IMG/VR virus record: IMGVR_UViG_3300020576_006930
Location: 64,001 to 128,000 of that record
Direction: 5' to 3' (one strand)
Origin: a virus
Lineage: Duplodnaviria; Caudoviricetes
Length of the DNA stretch: 64,000 bases
A model generated the notes under the pieces. The model made no database searches and was not told the DNA's origin. It worked only from the letters and a program-made list of their open reading frames with translations. The position numbers and the translations under genes are program-made. Each line of letters begins with the position of its first letter. The first letter of the stretch is position 1. Shown piece by piece: positions 5,082 through 14,121 of this stretch.

Positions 5082-5750
5082 ATGATCGAAAAACCCAATC
5101 TCACCGAAGACGAATTAAAGCAAAATTACGACGAATTCATAAAGTTCATCGACGACACATTTACAGGAGAACGGCGTGAACGGTTAAAAAAGATGTATGC
5201 GGAAGAAGGTGGCTACGGCATTACAACTTTGATTGCTCCAGCTTCGATGGCCGAGCATTTCCACTACGCACATCCGGGAGGTTACTTACAACACATCATG
5301 CGGGTTATTAAATGCGCTCGGGGCATGAAAAAACTTTATCTTGTAATGGGCGGCACGGTTGATTTTACCGATGAGGAAATGGACTTCGCTGCGATGCATC
5401 ACGATCTTGGCAAATTGGGTGACCCGGAACTGGGAGAGTATTATGTTCGGGAGGACCAGGATTGGAAACGCCGCCGGGGTGAAATCTACAAGCTTAATCC
5501 CGAAATTCAGTATATGGATGCGGCCGACAGGTCAGTTTATGTTCTCCAACGATTCGGAATTACTTATACGTGGAAAGAATATCTTGGGATTAAACTAGCG
5601 GATGGTATGTACAAAGACGCTAACCAATCTTATCTCAAAACTTACAACAAAGATTTTTATCTCCGAACTAGCCTACCCAAGATTGTCCACGCGGCTGATT
5701 ATATGAGTTGCGCAGCGGAAATTGATCAATGGCGGAAATCCAGCGAGTAA
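5082..5750 (+). CDS. HD-domain phosphohydrolase
   Basis: HYAHPGGYLQH, HHDLGKLG, HAAD motifs. Confidence 0.85.
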   Translation: MIEKPNLTEDELKQNYDEFIKFIDDTFTGERRERLKKMYAEEGGYGITTLIAPASMAEHFHYAHPGGYLQHIMRVIKCARGMKKLYLVMGGTVDFTDEEMDFAAMHHDLGKLGDPELGEYYVREDQDWKRRRGEIYKLNPEIQYMDAADRSVYVLQRFGITYTWKEYLGIKLADGMYKDANQSYLKTYNKDFYLRTSLPKIVHAADYMSCAAEIDQWRKSSE

Positions 5751-5752
5751 AT

Positions 5753-5935
5753 ATGGAACAGATTGTATACATAACACTATTGATTTCCGCAATTATCGTT
5801 TTGGCGATAATCGGCGGCAGAACAGGGGATGAAAAAATAAAGCAATTCCAAACCGAAGCGGTTGCATTAAATTTCGCAGAATACAATTCCACCAATGGTG
5901 TCTGGCAATGGAAAGCAGTTACAAACAAACCGTAA
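5753..5935 (+). CDS. Small membrane protein
   Basis: N-terminal hydrophobic helix; tight operon packing. Confidence 0.6.
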   Translation: MEQIVYITLLISAIIVLAIIGGRTGDEKIKQFQTEAVALNFAEYNSTNGVWQWKAVTNKP

Positions 5936-5944
5936 ATAAAAATT

Positions 5945-6211
5945 ATGTCAAAGAAAACCCCTAATGTATCAAAACCACCCGGCGCAGAGAGTTCTCCGTC
6001 GGAATTTCGTAATGAACCACGGTTTGAAGATCCTGTAAAATACGTTGTTGTTCGGAATGACCAACGGGTTTCGGATAACGAATACTCCGACCCCGACGAC
6101 TTCCGCGCCGATGATGAAAAGATCTTTTGGCAACGGGTAGTGACGAATTGGTCCCCTGGAGAAAAAGTGGAAATCGTCAAATTCAATAAAAAGAAACATC
6201 GCAACTGGTAA
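5945..6211 (+). CDS. Hypothetical protein
   Basis: 88-aa ORF in operon. Confidence 0.7.
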   Translation: MSKKTPNVSKPPGAESSPSEFRNEPRFEDPVKYVVVRNDQRVSDNEYSDPDDFRADDEKIFWQRVVTNWSPGEKVEIVKFNKKKHRNW

Positions 6212-6213
6212 TT

Positions 6214-6480
6214 ATGAACACTGAGGAAAATTATACGACTACCAATCGGGAGGGGCAATCCGTCGCATATGCAGTTCCCGTCATTCGCCACGTTTGGAAA
6301 AGGAATAAAAAAGATTTGGTTTCAGAAATTCGTGGTAAAATTCGCAACGCACGGACCATTGCTGAAGTGAATGCATTTTTGGAAAAGAGTATCGCCGCTG
6401 CCCAATCTGCTACGCCGGCCGTTATCGCAAAATGGAAACGTGCCGCACAAATTCGTGTAGACGAACTTTTCGAAAAGTAA
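6214..6480 (+). CDS. Hypothetical protein
   Basis: 88-aa ORF preceding a terminator. Confidence 0.7.
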   Translation: MNTEENYTTTNREGQSVAYAVPVIRHVWKRNKKDLVSEIRGKIRNARTIAEVNAFLEKSIAAAQSATPAVIAKWKRAAQIRVDELFEK

Positions 6481-6511
6481 AAAATAATTCAAATTTTTAA
6501 AAATAAAAAAC

Positions 6512-6544
6512 GAGCCGGACCGAAAGGTCCGGCTCTTTTGTTTT
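6512..6544 (+). terminator. Rho-independent terminator
   Basis: GAGCCGGACC-GAAA-GGTCCGGCTC followed by TTTTGTTTT. Confidence 0.9.
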
Positions 6545-6572
6545 GCTTCCTGATATTTATTGTTGTAGGGCT

Positions 6573-6920
6573 ATGGCACAAAAAAAGAAACAAGTCGAAC
6601 CCGTTCTTCAAAGCTATCCGCTCCCTTCAGCGGATGTGGAATTGAGAACATTTATCGATTCTAAAAAAGTCGATATGATGCAACAAACCGTTGCCTCCAT
6701 TGAATACGCACTTGATAACAATCTTCCTGTCGTCGAAATTTTCCAATTCACAGGATCGGAATTCGTCGTTATGCTTTCCGATAAAGATTTTCTTCCCAAC
6801 CTTGAACACATATACAATTATTATCTCAATCACGAGATGTATGAATTTTGTGGCAAGGTTTTGGGCTTGAAAAATAGATTAGGTCACACCATAAAACTTA
6901 ATGAAACGAAAACACATTGA
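6573..6920 (+). CDS. Hypothetical protein
   Basis: ATG downstream of TATTTAT; overlaps phoH start. Confidence 0.7.
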   Translation: MAQKKKQVEPVLQSYPLPSADVELRTFIDSKKVDMMQQTVASIEYALDNNLPVVEIFQFTGSEFVVMLSDKDFLPNLEHIYNYYLNHEMYEFCGKVLGLKNRLGHTIKLNETKTH

Positions 6921-7632
6921 ACCAGGTTCGGCGGAGGACAATAGTCCTCTGATTCCTCAAAGGTCAAAACTCCGTTGTCCGTTATCCATATATAAAAGGG
7001 AATTTACTCCAAAACAAAAAGAGTTTCTGAGCATTGCCTGTGACAAAAACACTAAACTAATGTTTGTCACAGGGCCTGCCGGAACATCTAAAACCTATCT
7101 ATCCGTATTTGTGGCTCTGACGCTTATCTCCGAGCGCCGTGTCAGCGATCTGGTTTATGTCCGAAGCATCGTCGAAAGTTCTGATTCCAAAATGGGTTAT
7201 CTTCCGGGAGAAACAAACGAAAAGCTTGCGCCTTATTTACAACCTTTAGTCGATAAAATGACGGAGTTGTTGCCGAAAACTGACATTGATCTTCTTAAAA
7301 AAGAAGAAAGAGTGTGTGGATTGCCAGTTGGGTTTTTGCGAGGGTTGAACTGGAATGCCAAGGCAATCATCTCTGACGAATCCCAGAACTTGACGATGAA
7401 GGAGCTTATAACCCTCTTAACAAGAATCGGAGAGTTTTCCAAGGTTTTTATAATTGGGGATCCCGAGCAATCGGATATCAACGGAAAAAGTGGATTTGTC
7501 AAAATGGTAAGTATCTTTGACGATGAAGAAAGTAAAAAGGAAGGAATTCACGTCTTTCGCTTTACCGACGACGATAATGTTCGTAGTGCTCTTTCCCGGT
7601 TTATTAACAAAAAGATTAAGAAAGCTAATTGA
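6901..7632 (+). CDS. phoH: PhoH-family ATPase
   Basis: GPAGTSKT, GYLPG, FLRG, DESQN, TRIGE..GDPEQSD motifs. Confidence 0.95.
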   Translation: MKRKHIEPGSAEDNSPLIPQRSKLRCPLSIYKREFTPKQKEFLSIACDKNTKLMFVTGPAGTSKTYLSVFVALTLISERRVSDLVYVRSIVESSDSKMGYLPGETNEKLAPYLQPLVDKMTELLPKTDIDLLKKEERVCGLPVGFLRGLNWNAKAIISDESQNLTMKELITLLTRIGEFSKVFIIGDPEQSDINGKSGFVKMVSIFDDEESKKEGIHVFRFTDDDNVRSALSRFINKKIKKAN

Positions 7633-7667
7633 ACACTCTATTTATGATTATGCTACCCGCATAGTCT

Positions 7668-8876
7668 ATGAGCAATAAGAGGATAACCGAATTAGTTACA
7701 ATAAATCGAGCTGAAATTTCTGGAGATGACAGAGTGCCCTTGGCTGATGTCAGTGTTCCAGAAACAAAACAGATGACAATGACGGATCTGGCAAGCTGGG
7801 TCGCATACAGCGCCAGCCTGACCGTTCAATCCGCATCCTATTCTAATTCGGCGTCATTTCTTATTTTTAGAGGTATGGGTGCCAATTCAAATGGCACGGC
7901 CTCTTTCTCAATCTCATCAAGCTGGGCCTATTTAGCCTATAGCGCATCGTTTGTTATTTCCGCTTCCCGAGCGACGACTTCCTCCTATGCTTTGACCTGT
8001 TCTTATTTCGATGGAACGATTAGTGGGGCGTTTAGTGTAGCGTCGGCGAACACCTCATCTTTCTTGTCTTACGGCGGTTATCCCAACGGCACCGCCTCTT
8101 CCGCAATCAGCTCATCCCGCGCTTTACAAGCCGACACCGCTTCGTATGTTTCGTGGTTCGGTAACAATGTGGATAACGGTACTGTTTATCGTTCCGTTTC
8201 CGCTTCCTTCGCCTCCACCGCGTCTGTGTTGGTTGGTAGCGGCGGTACAATCTCCGCAACCGCGTCTTGGGCCGGACGGGCAGTATCCGCTTCCTTTTTA
8301 ACTTTCACCTCTGATTTTGGGGCGGGGAACAATGGCACAGCTTCGCATGCGCGTTACGCTTATTCCGCCAGCACTGCTGCGGCGGTTACCAACGTCGTCA
8401 ACTCAAACATTTATCGTGAATGGGGTCCAATAACCTCTAGCATAATCGGCACCGCAACCATAGCGACCACCGCTTCTTTTGGTTATATTCAGGTTAGCGG
8501 TTCTGGCGCAAAGATTGTTGTCGAAGCCTGGGGCGATGTCAATGTGCCAATGTCCAGTAGCATTAATTATAGCGGCTCTATTCGTTTGGATTTGTCGGAG
8601 AGTTTTTCAGCTTATTATCAATTGGATGAATCGAAATTTCAAAATTACTACACGGGTTCGGATGTTGGGTTGGCTAGCCATTTCAATACAGGATCTGTCA
8701 TCCGCCGTTTCTATTTAAAGGGCTATACCACTAATGCTGCTTCTGCGGGAGGCCTACACCGTTATCAAATTGGCGCATATGTTAGTAATGGTTTATCATT
8801 CGTCACCGGCAGTAATGTTTGGTCGGGCGTGAGATGTAGCCTCAAGGTTAATACTGACAATGTCGTAACCGAATAA
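7668..8876 (+). CDS. Tail-fibre-like structural protein (SAS repeats)
   Basis: N-terminal KRITEL..DDRVPLAD..ETKQMT motif, Ser/Ala-rich repeats. Confidence 0.6.
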   Translation: MSNKRITELVTINRAEISGDDRVPLADVSVPETKQMTMTDLASWVAYSASLTVQSASYSNSASFLIFRGMGANSNGTASFSISSSWAYLAYSASFVISASRATTSSYALTCSYFDGTISGAFSVASANTSSFLSYGGYPNGTASSAISSSRALQADTASYVSWFGNNVDNGTVYRSVSASFASTASVLVGSGGTISATASWAGRAVSASFLTFTSDFGAGNNGTASHARYAYSASTAAAVTNVVNSNIYREWGPITSSIIGTATIATTASFGYIQVSGSGAKIVVEAWGDVNVPMSSSINYSGSIRLDLSESFSAYYQLDESKFQNYYTGSDVGLASHFNTGSVIRRFYLKGYTTNAASAGGLHRYQIGAYVSNGLSFVTGSNVWSGVRCSLKVNTDNVVTE

Positions 8877-8883
8877 TAAATTT

Positions 8884-10500
8884 ATGCCATCTGTAAAAAT
8901 AAGCCAACTGCGTGACCTACCGTTGATTTCCAGCGATGATTTTTTCCCACTTGTTGACAGCGGTTCGTTAACAACCTATCACGCCGATTTCAATGATGTC
9001 AATGCTTGGTTAAAACTTTATGGTTCTGCTTCTTGGGCCACCAGCTCAATTAGCTCATCCTACGCACGGACCTCAAGTTTTTCTATATCCTCTTCGTGGG
9101 CGCCGGCGGGAGCAATCCAGACAACCGTCTTGTCTGCTTCCTGGGCATCTAGCTCAATCAGCGCTTCATTCGCATTAACCGCCAGCAATCTAAAAGGTTT
9201 TGGTACGTCTAGTGAACAGACGATGATCATCAGCACCTCACTGGTCCTGGCCGCGGACGCTGGAATGTTATTGCCCAGAAAGAGTTATATTCTACAAAGT
9301 CAGGAAGGCCTTGCGGCAAATTCATTGTTTTTTAATAAAAATTATGGTATCGAATCTTCAGTCATTTCCAATGACTTTGGTCGAATATTTTACATTGAAA
9401 ATCCAGTGGATTCAGGTCGATTGGTCATCGAATTGGGAGATAATACCGATTCGACTGCTTCCATGGGCCCAAGCATCGATGTTATTTCTAGAACCAACCC
9501 TGGATTTTTATTTTCCACCCAAAATATCAATATCACCGCCGCGACTTCAAGTTTGTTGTTTTTGAGAACGGATGGGACATTATACGGTAGGGTGTTCGAA
9601 GGTCGTGAATTTTCTGCGAGCTTCCTAGCCAACCGCGTTGGGTTTTATGGCACGGCAAGTTGTGCGGTTACGGCTTCATATGTGGCTAATCTACCAACCG
9701 CTGCGGCGAATGTCACCCCAGCTTTTGTCAAGAATTTGTCAATTCGGCCTAACTGGACACCATACGACGCAAGCAATGTTCCAATTAGTATTGCCCTTGA
9801 TGAAGTCATTGTGCGGGATACCTCATCACCCTCCAATACCAAACGTTTATCCTCCGATAGTTATACGCTTACCTTTACCAATAATCGTGGTTCATCAGGT
9901 GCGGGTGGCATAATTGGAGCGTTCACCCAAAATCTGTGGTATGATATTTGGATTATTTACAATTCCGGCACGGACACCGTATCCTCCGCCATTATTTCTA
10001 GTGGCGCAACACCAAAAGCCAGCGCATTAGCCACGGTGTTAGCCGGCGCTGCGGGATATGATTACGGAATACGGATCGGTTCGGTGTTGGACGAAAATTC
10101 CATCGCTTGGCGTCAGTGGTATGAATATGGCTTCCAGACAATGTGGGCATATCGTAAACCTATGCCAACTGCCATCGGAGTTGCGAATGGGTTTAATGTC
10201 ACACATTATTTAAATACCGCGCCAAGGAATGTCCAAGTCAAACTTAAAGTGAAATCGATGGATTCGACGATGGTTAGTAACGGTTTCGCTGTTGGTGACG
10301 AAGTAAGTTCAGACGATTTTATCAATGACTATAATGGCGGTGACGTGGAAATTCAGTCATTCTTGACGATGACGACGGATTCAACCCTCAAGTTTAGCTG
10401 GGTTTATCAGGAAAACGGTTGGAAAGTATCTTCGCCGACTGGATATTGGTTCGCCACTTCACCCAGCTATTGGGATGTGTTGATTTATTCTTGGATATAA
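8884..10500 (+). CDS. Tail-fibre-like structural protein
   Basis: N-terminal VKISQL..DDFFPLVD, SASWA repeats. Confidence 0.6.
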   Translation: MPSVKISQLRDLPLISSDDFFPLVDSGSLTTYHADFNDVNAWLKLYGSASWATSSISSSYARTSSFSISSSWAPAGAIQTTVLSASWASSSISASFALTASNLKGFGTSSEQTMIISTSLVLAADAGMLLPRKSYILQSQEGLAANSLFFNKNYGIESSVISNDFGRIFYIENPVDSGRLVIELGDNTDSTASMGPSIDVISRTNPGFLFSTQNINITAATSSLLFLRTDGTLYGRVFEGREFSASFLANRVGFYGTASCAVTASYVANLPTAAANVTPAFVKNLSIRPNWTPYDASNVPISIALDEVIVRDTSSPSNTKRLSSDSYTLTFTNNRGSSGAGGIIGAFTQNLWYDIWIIYNSGTDTVSSAIISSGATPKASALATVLAGAAGYDYGIRIGSVLDENSIAWRQWYEYGFQTMWAYRKPMPTAIGVANGFNVTHYLNTAPRNVQVKLKVKSMDSTMVSNGFAVGDEVSSDDFINDYNGGDVEIQSFLTMTTDSTLKFSWVYQENGWKVSSPTGYWFATSPSYWDVLIYSWI

Positions 10501-10626
10501 AAAATAGACATTATTGTAGAAGTTTTGTATATTTATTTCCAGACGATGATCGTCTAGGTAATTGTCTCTTATGAGAAATTGCCATTTTTAACAGACAACT
10601 TTTGTTGTTAAAATAAGGAGTAACAT

Positions 10627-11100
10627 ATGAACAATAATGTAATCAGATATAGCCCCCAATCCCTTAACCGTGAAGAATTCTTGACCCCATTTTCATCATT
10701 ATTTGATGAATTTTTTAACAGTTCTTTTCCAGATTTTACTTTGGGAAAAGAGTTTTTTGAAAGTGGAGCATACCCAAAAGTTGACGTGCGCAATGAAGAT
10801 ACGCAGATTGTCATTGAAGCGGAAGTTCCTGGAGTCAAAAAAGAACAACTTTCCATTGAACTAAAAAATGGAATCCTCTCCATTAAAGGAGATAAACAAG
10901 ACTCTTCGGGAAAATCTTCAAAGAATTATATTCACAAAGAATTGAAACGTTCTGCTTTTTGTCGTTCGTTTACTCTCGGAGACATTGTTGATGGAGAAAG
11001 TATTAATGCAAAATTTGAAAATGGGATTCTTGAAATAACCTTAAAGAAATTAAATCCGACTCCGCTGGAGGAAGGGATAAAGAAAATAGAAATAAAATAA
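10627..11100 (+). CDS. Small heat shock protein (Hsp20/alpha-crystallin)
   Basis: PKVDV..EAEVPGV..L.IKG..F.RSFTL..AKFENGIL.ITL, C-terminal IEI; TAAGGAG RBS. Confidence 0.95.
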   Translation: MNNNVIRYSPQSLNREEFLTPFSSLFDEFFNSSFPDFTLGKEFFESGAYPKVDVRNEDTQIVIEAEVPGVKKEQLSIELKNGILSIKGDKQDSSGKSSKNYIHKELKRSAFCRSFTLGDIVDGESINAKFENGILEITLKKLNPTPLEEGIKKIEIK

Positions 11101-11120
11101 TCTGTAGTTTGAAGTAGTGT

Positions 11121-11154
11121 AGAGCCCCATCGAAAGGTGGGGCTCTTTATTTTT
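11121..11154 (+). terminator. Rho-independent terminator
   Basis: AGAGCCCCATC-GAAA-GGTGGGGCTCT followed by T-rich tail. Confidence 0.9.
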
Positions 11155-11173
11155 GCCGTCATATATATGTTTT

Positions 11174-12049
11174 ATGAAAGATAAACTACTACCACATACC
11201 CATTTTCCTATGATCGTGGGTCTCACCGCCTTGGCCATTGCGATTTGCGCCGCTGGGTTTTCCGTCTATGGAATCGCCACCTTATTTGCCGGAGCGGCCG
11301 TTTCCGTTGCGGTTATGGCTGGGACTTTGGAATTTGGAAAACTTGTGGTAACGACTTATTTATATCGTTACTGGAACAAGATTGGGTTTGGCTTTAAAAC
11401 CTATCTGACCCTTTCCGTTTTAATCCTAATGGTCATAACTTCGCTAGGTATTTTTGGGTTTTTAAGTTCCGCATATCAGGCCAGTTCTTTAGCGTATAAC
11501 CTAAATCAGAGCAAGATCCAACAGATTGAAACGCAGAAGTCTTTTCACAACGACACCATCACGGCAGCCAATTCAAGGATTGCTATTTTAAACCAAATCC
11601 GCAATGGGCAGGAAGCTAGGCTAAGTGAGGCCCAGACCAACGCTTTCATCAGTCGCAATCCGATTCAATTAGCTCAGTTACAAAATCAAACCGGAGAAAT
11701 GATCAAGCAAGCGAATGAGGAAATTAAGGAAAAAAACCAATTAATAGAAACGGAACGGAAAGCGTTACAAAACATTGATCAACAAACGACGGAGTTAAAA
11801 ATTGCGGCCAGTGGGAAAAAGGATATTCAAACTCTAAAATACGTCGCCGATCAACTTGGATGGGAATTGGATCGGGTCGCTTTTTGGTTTATGTTAGCGA
11901 TCATTTTTGTTTTTGACCCCCTTGCCATAGCTTTGATCCTGGCCTATAACGTCGCGATATTCCGACGGGAATCATTGGAGGTTTTAAAACCGGAAACTCC
12001 AAAACAGGAAAAAGAGCTATTATTGGATTCTGACTCAAAAAAAGCTTAA
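11174..12049 (+). CDS. Membrane protein with coiled coil (extended to 12243 by a probable -1 frameshift)
   Basis: 3 N-terminal TM helices, coiled coil, C-terminal TM IIFVFDPLA. Confidence 0.8.
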   Translation: MKDKLLPHTHFPMIVGLTALAIAICAAGFSVYGIATLFAGAAVSVAVMAGTLEFGKLVVTTYLYRYWNKIGFGFKTYLTLSVLILMVITSLGIFGFLSSAYQASSLAYNLNQSKIQQIETQKSFHNDTITAANSRIAILNQIRNGQEARLSEAQTNAFISRNPIQLAQLQNQTGEMIKQANEEIKEKNQLIETERKALQNIDQQTTELKIAASGKKDIQTLKYVADQLGWELDRVAFWFMLAIIFVFDPLAIALILAYNVAIFRRESLEVLKPETPKQEKELLLDSDSKKA

Positions 12050-12073
12050 CGCCGGAAACTCCGCCGGCGGTTA
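12037..12073 (+). other. Putative -1 programmed frameshift signal
   Basis: A-AAA-AAA slippery site followed by the CGCCGG..CCGGCG hairpin; -1 frame open to TAA at 12241-12243. Confidence 0.6.
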
Positions 12074-12254
12074 TAAAAATTCCGGAGATGGTTGAAATGG
12101 AAGTAACAGGATCTTGTCCATTGATAGAAGATTCCTATGAAATGGACCCTACTTTAGAACCACCTGATGCCGGCGCGATGCAAAAATCTTCACAACCATT
12201 TCACGATCCGTTCTTTGACGCATATTTTAAAAGAAATAATTAATGAATAATGTC

Positions 12255-12283
12255 TTGACAACATTATCTAATAGTACTAAAAT
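12255..12283 (+). promoter_or_regulatory. sigma70 promoter
   Basis: TTGACA-N17-TAAAAT upstream of the operon containing the sigma factor. Confidence 0.75.
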
Positions 12284-12366
12284 ATATTCGTAATAATCAA
12301 ATTGTTTTGATTTTGCAGAGAAGAGAAACTATATATCGTATTGAATCCAAGACGGATTCGCAAATT

Positions 12367-12513
12367 ATGGATTTATCTGATATTCAATATCTAATAGAGT
12401 TGCTCGAATCTGCAATTCATAGTCAAGACTGGGATAATGTTCAAGAAGCTTTGGAGTTCCTTAAAGAAGCTAATGATGAAAATTCCTCCCTTGACGTGGA
12501 TGACAGAGATTAA
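12367..12513 (+). CDS. Small acidic hypothetical protein
   Basis: ATG at 12367 within the tracked ORF. Confidence 0.55.
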   Translation: MDLSDIQYLIELLESAIHSQDWDNVQEALEFLKEANDENSSLDVDDRD

Positions 12514-12518
12514 CAACT

Positions 12519-12821
12519 ATGCTAGCGACAATTATAATTCTATCAATTCTTCTCCTTATTTTTGCCACCGCGTTTGTATCCGTGTGTTTTATCGCCCGTG
12601 CCCAATATAATCGAGCGAAACAATACGCAGCGTTATTAGACGACTATGACGTGATACTAGATGAGTTCGGCGAAGATGTTTTGACGACTTACCAACATAT
12701 GAAAACCATTGACGATAAAAAATGGTTTGAATCGGACGACGATGTTGGGAATGTTTTTCAAGATTTGGTGAAAATTATTGAGAAGTTTAATGAGAAGACG
12801 CAAGCTAAACTAGAAAGATAA
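12519..12821 (+). CDS. Membrane-anchored hypothetical protein
   Basis: N-terminal TM; FESDDDVG.VF motif. Confidence 0.7.
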   Translation: MLATIIILSILLLIFATAFVSVCFIARAQYNRAKQYAALLDDYDVILDEFGEDVLTTYQHMKTIDDKKWFESDDDVGNVFQDLVKIIEKFNEKTQAKLER

Positions 12822-12832
12822 ACCCACTTCTT

Positions 12833-13666
12833 ATGAAGCGACTCAAAAAATCACCGAAGAACCATGTCCGAAAAAAATCCTCTCCCGCTCCTACGGTTAA
12901 ATCCCCCAAAAAGATAGACCCGCCTGTTGGTCCTAATATCGCACGTAATTGGCGACCACGAAAACCCCGCAGTAAAAAGTTCTCCATTGATAGAATGTAT
13001 TTCACCCAAGACACTGAGAATGCCATAGTTAAATATAATACCACCGAATGTCAGGAAACACGGAATAACATCTACAATACTCTTATCAAGTACGCTTTTG
13101 AAAAATTAGTAGAAAATGTTTTTAACACCTTCAAGTTCTCATATTTAGAAACCGGACCACTTGACGCCCAGAAAGAAACGGTTGCCCACCTTGTCGCGAA
13201 CATTAACAAGTTCGATCCAACCATCGGATTCAAAGCGTATTCGTATTTTTCTATCGTTGCGAAGAATTATCTCATCGCACTAAATAACAATAACTACAAG
13301 CGTTTCAATCAACACGTTGATATTGGGGAAGAGAGAGACGACCATACTATCCAGCTTCAGTCGGAGGATAAACATTATAAAGATTCAGAAACCGCTGAGT
13401 TCATGGATTTGATGGTTGATTTCTGGGAGAACAATGTCAATAAGATTTTCAACAAATCCCGTGACTTAAACATTGCCAATGCGATTATTGAGCTATTCCG
13501 AAACTCAGATCGGATCGACGCATATAATAAAAAAGCCTTGTATTTGTATATTCGGGAGATTTCTAGCTGTAAAACTCAACAGATAACTAAAATTATCAAT
13601 AAAATGAAGCAATACCAAAGGCAAATAACTCAGAGTTATGTTGAGGACGGAGTAGTGGAAGTATAA
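12833..13666 (+). CDS. Phage sigma factor (T4 gp55-like late sigma)
   Basis: Sigma region-2-like KFDP..KAYSYFSIVAKNYLI; basic N-terminal extension. Confidence 0.7.
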   Translation: MKRLKKSPKNHVRKKSSPAPTVKSPKKIDPPVGPNIARNWRPRKPRSKKFSIDRMYFTQDTENAIVKYNTTECQETRNNIYNTLIKYAFEKLVENVFNTFKFSYLETGPLDAQKETVAHLVANINKFDPTIGFKAYSYFSIVAKNYLIALNNNNYKRFNQHVDIGEERDDHTIQLQSEDKHYKDSETAEFMDLMVDFWENNVNKIFNKSRDLNIANAIIELFRNSDRIDAYNKKALYLYIREISSCKTQQITKIINKMKQYQRQITQSYVEDGVVEV

Positions 13667-13723
13667 TCTAAGCATTTATTGGATAAAATGTCTAAATTGG
13701 GTTAAGTCGGTCTATTTATCCAT

Positions 13724-14119
13724 ATGGACCAAGATTTTGATATTTACGACGGAAAAACCTTTTCTCAACTCTGTAGCGATATTGTCGATAATCAGGAAGA
13801 AATGAAGGGTCAGATTGATATTCTGATCGGTGAGTTAAAACCCCTTATTAAAACCGTTAACGATGCGATGATTGTCGTTCCGTTGTTGAAGGATTATATT
13901 GACGTTGCGGTTAAGAATAACGAACACCTTATTAAATTGGCGGCTATAACCAATAAAGTAAAGGCTAAGTATTCAGACGCGGATGTGTCAGGAGCAGGTG
14001 GATTTGAGTCGGTGATGAGTGAGGAAGAAAAGTCGGAGATTGCCAAACATATCCGGGAAATTCAGGTTGGTCAAACCCAGATAAAGATTGAGAAATCGAA
14101 ACTGGGGGAGAAAGAGTAA
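13724..14119 (+). CDS. Conserved hypothetical phage protein
   Basis: Helical 131-aa ORF at the start of the baseplate operon. Confidence 0.7.
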   Translation: MDQDFDIYDGKTFSQLCSDIVDNQEEMKGQIDILIGELKPLIKTVNDAMIVVPLLKDYIDVAVKNNEHLIKLAAITNKVKAKYSDADVSGAGGFESVMSEEEKSEIAKHIREIQVGQTQIKIEKSKLGEKE

Positions 14120-14121
14120 TT

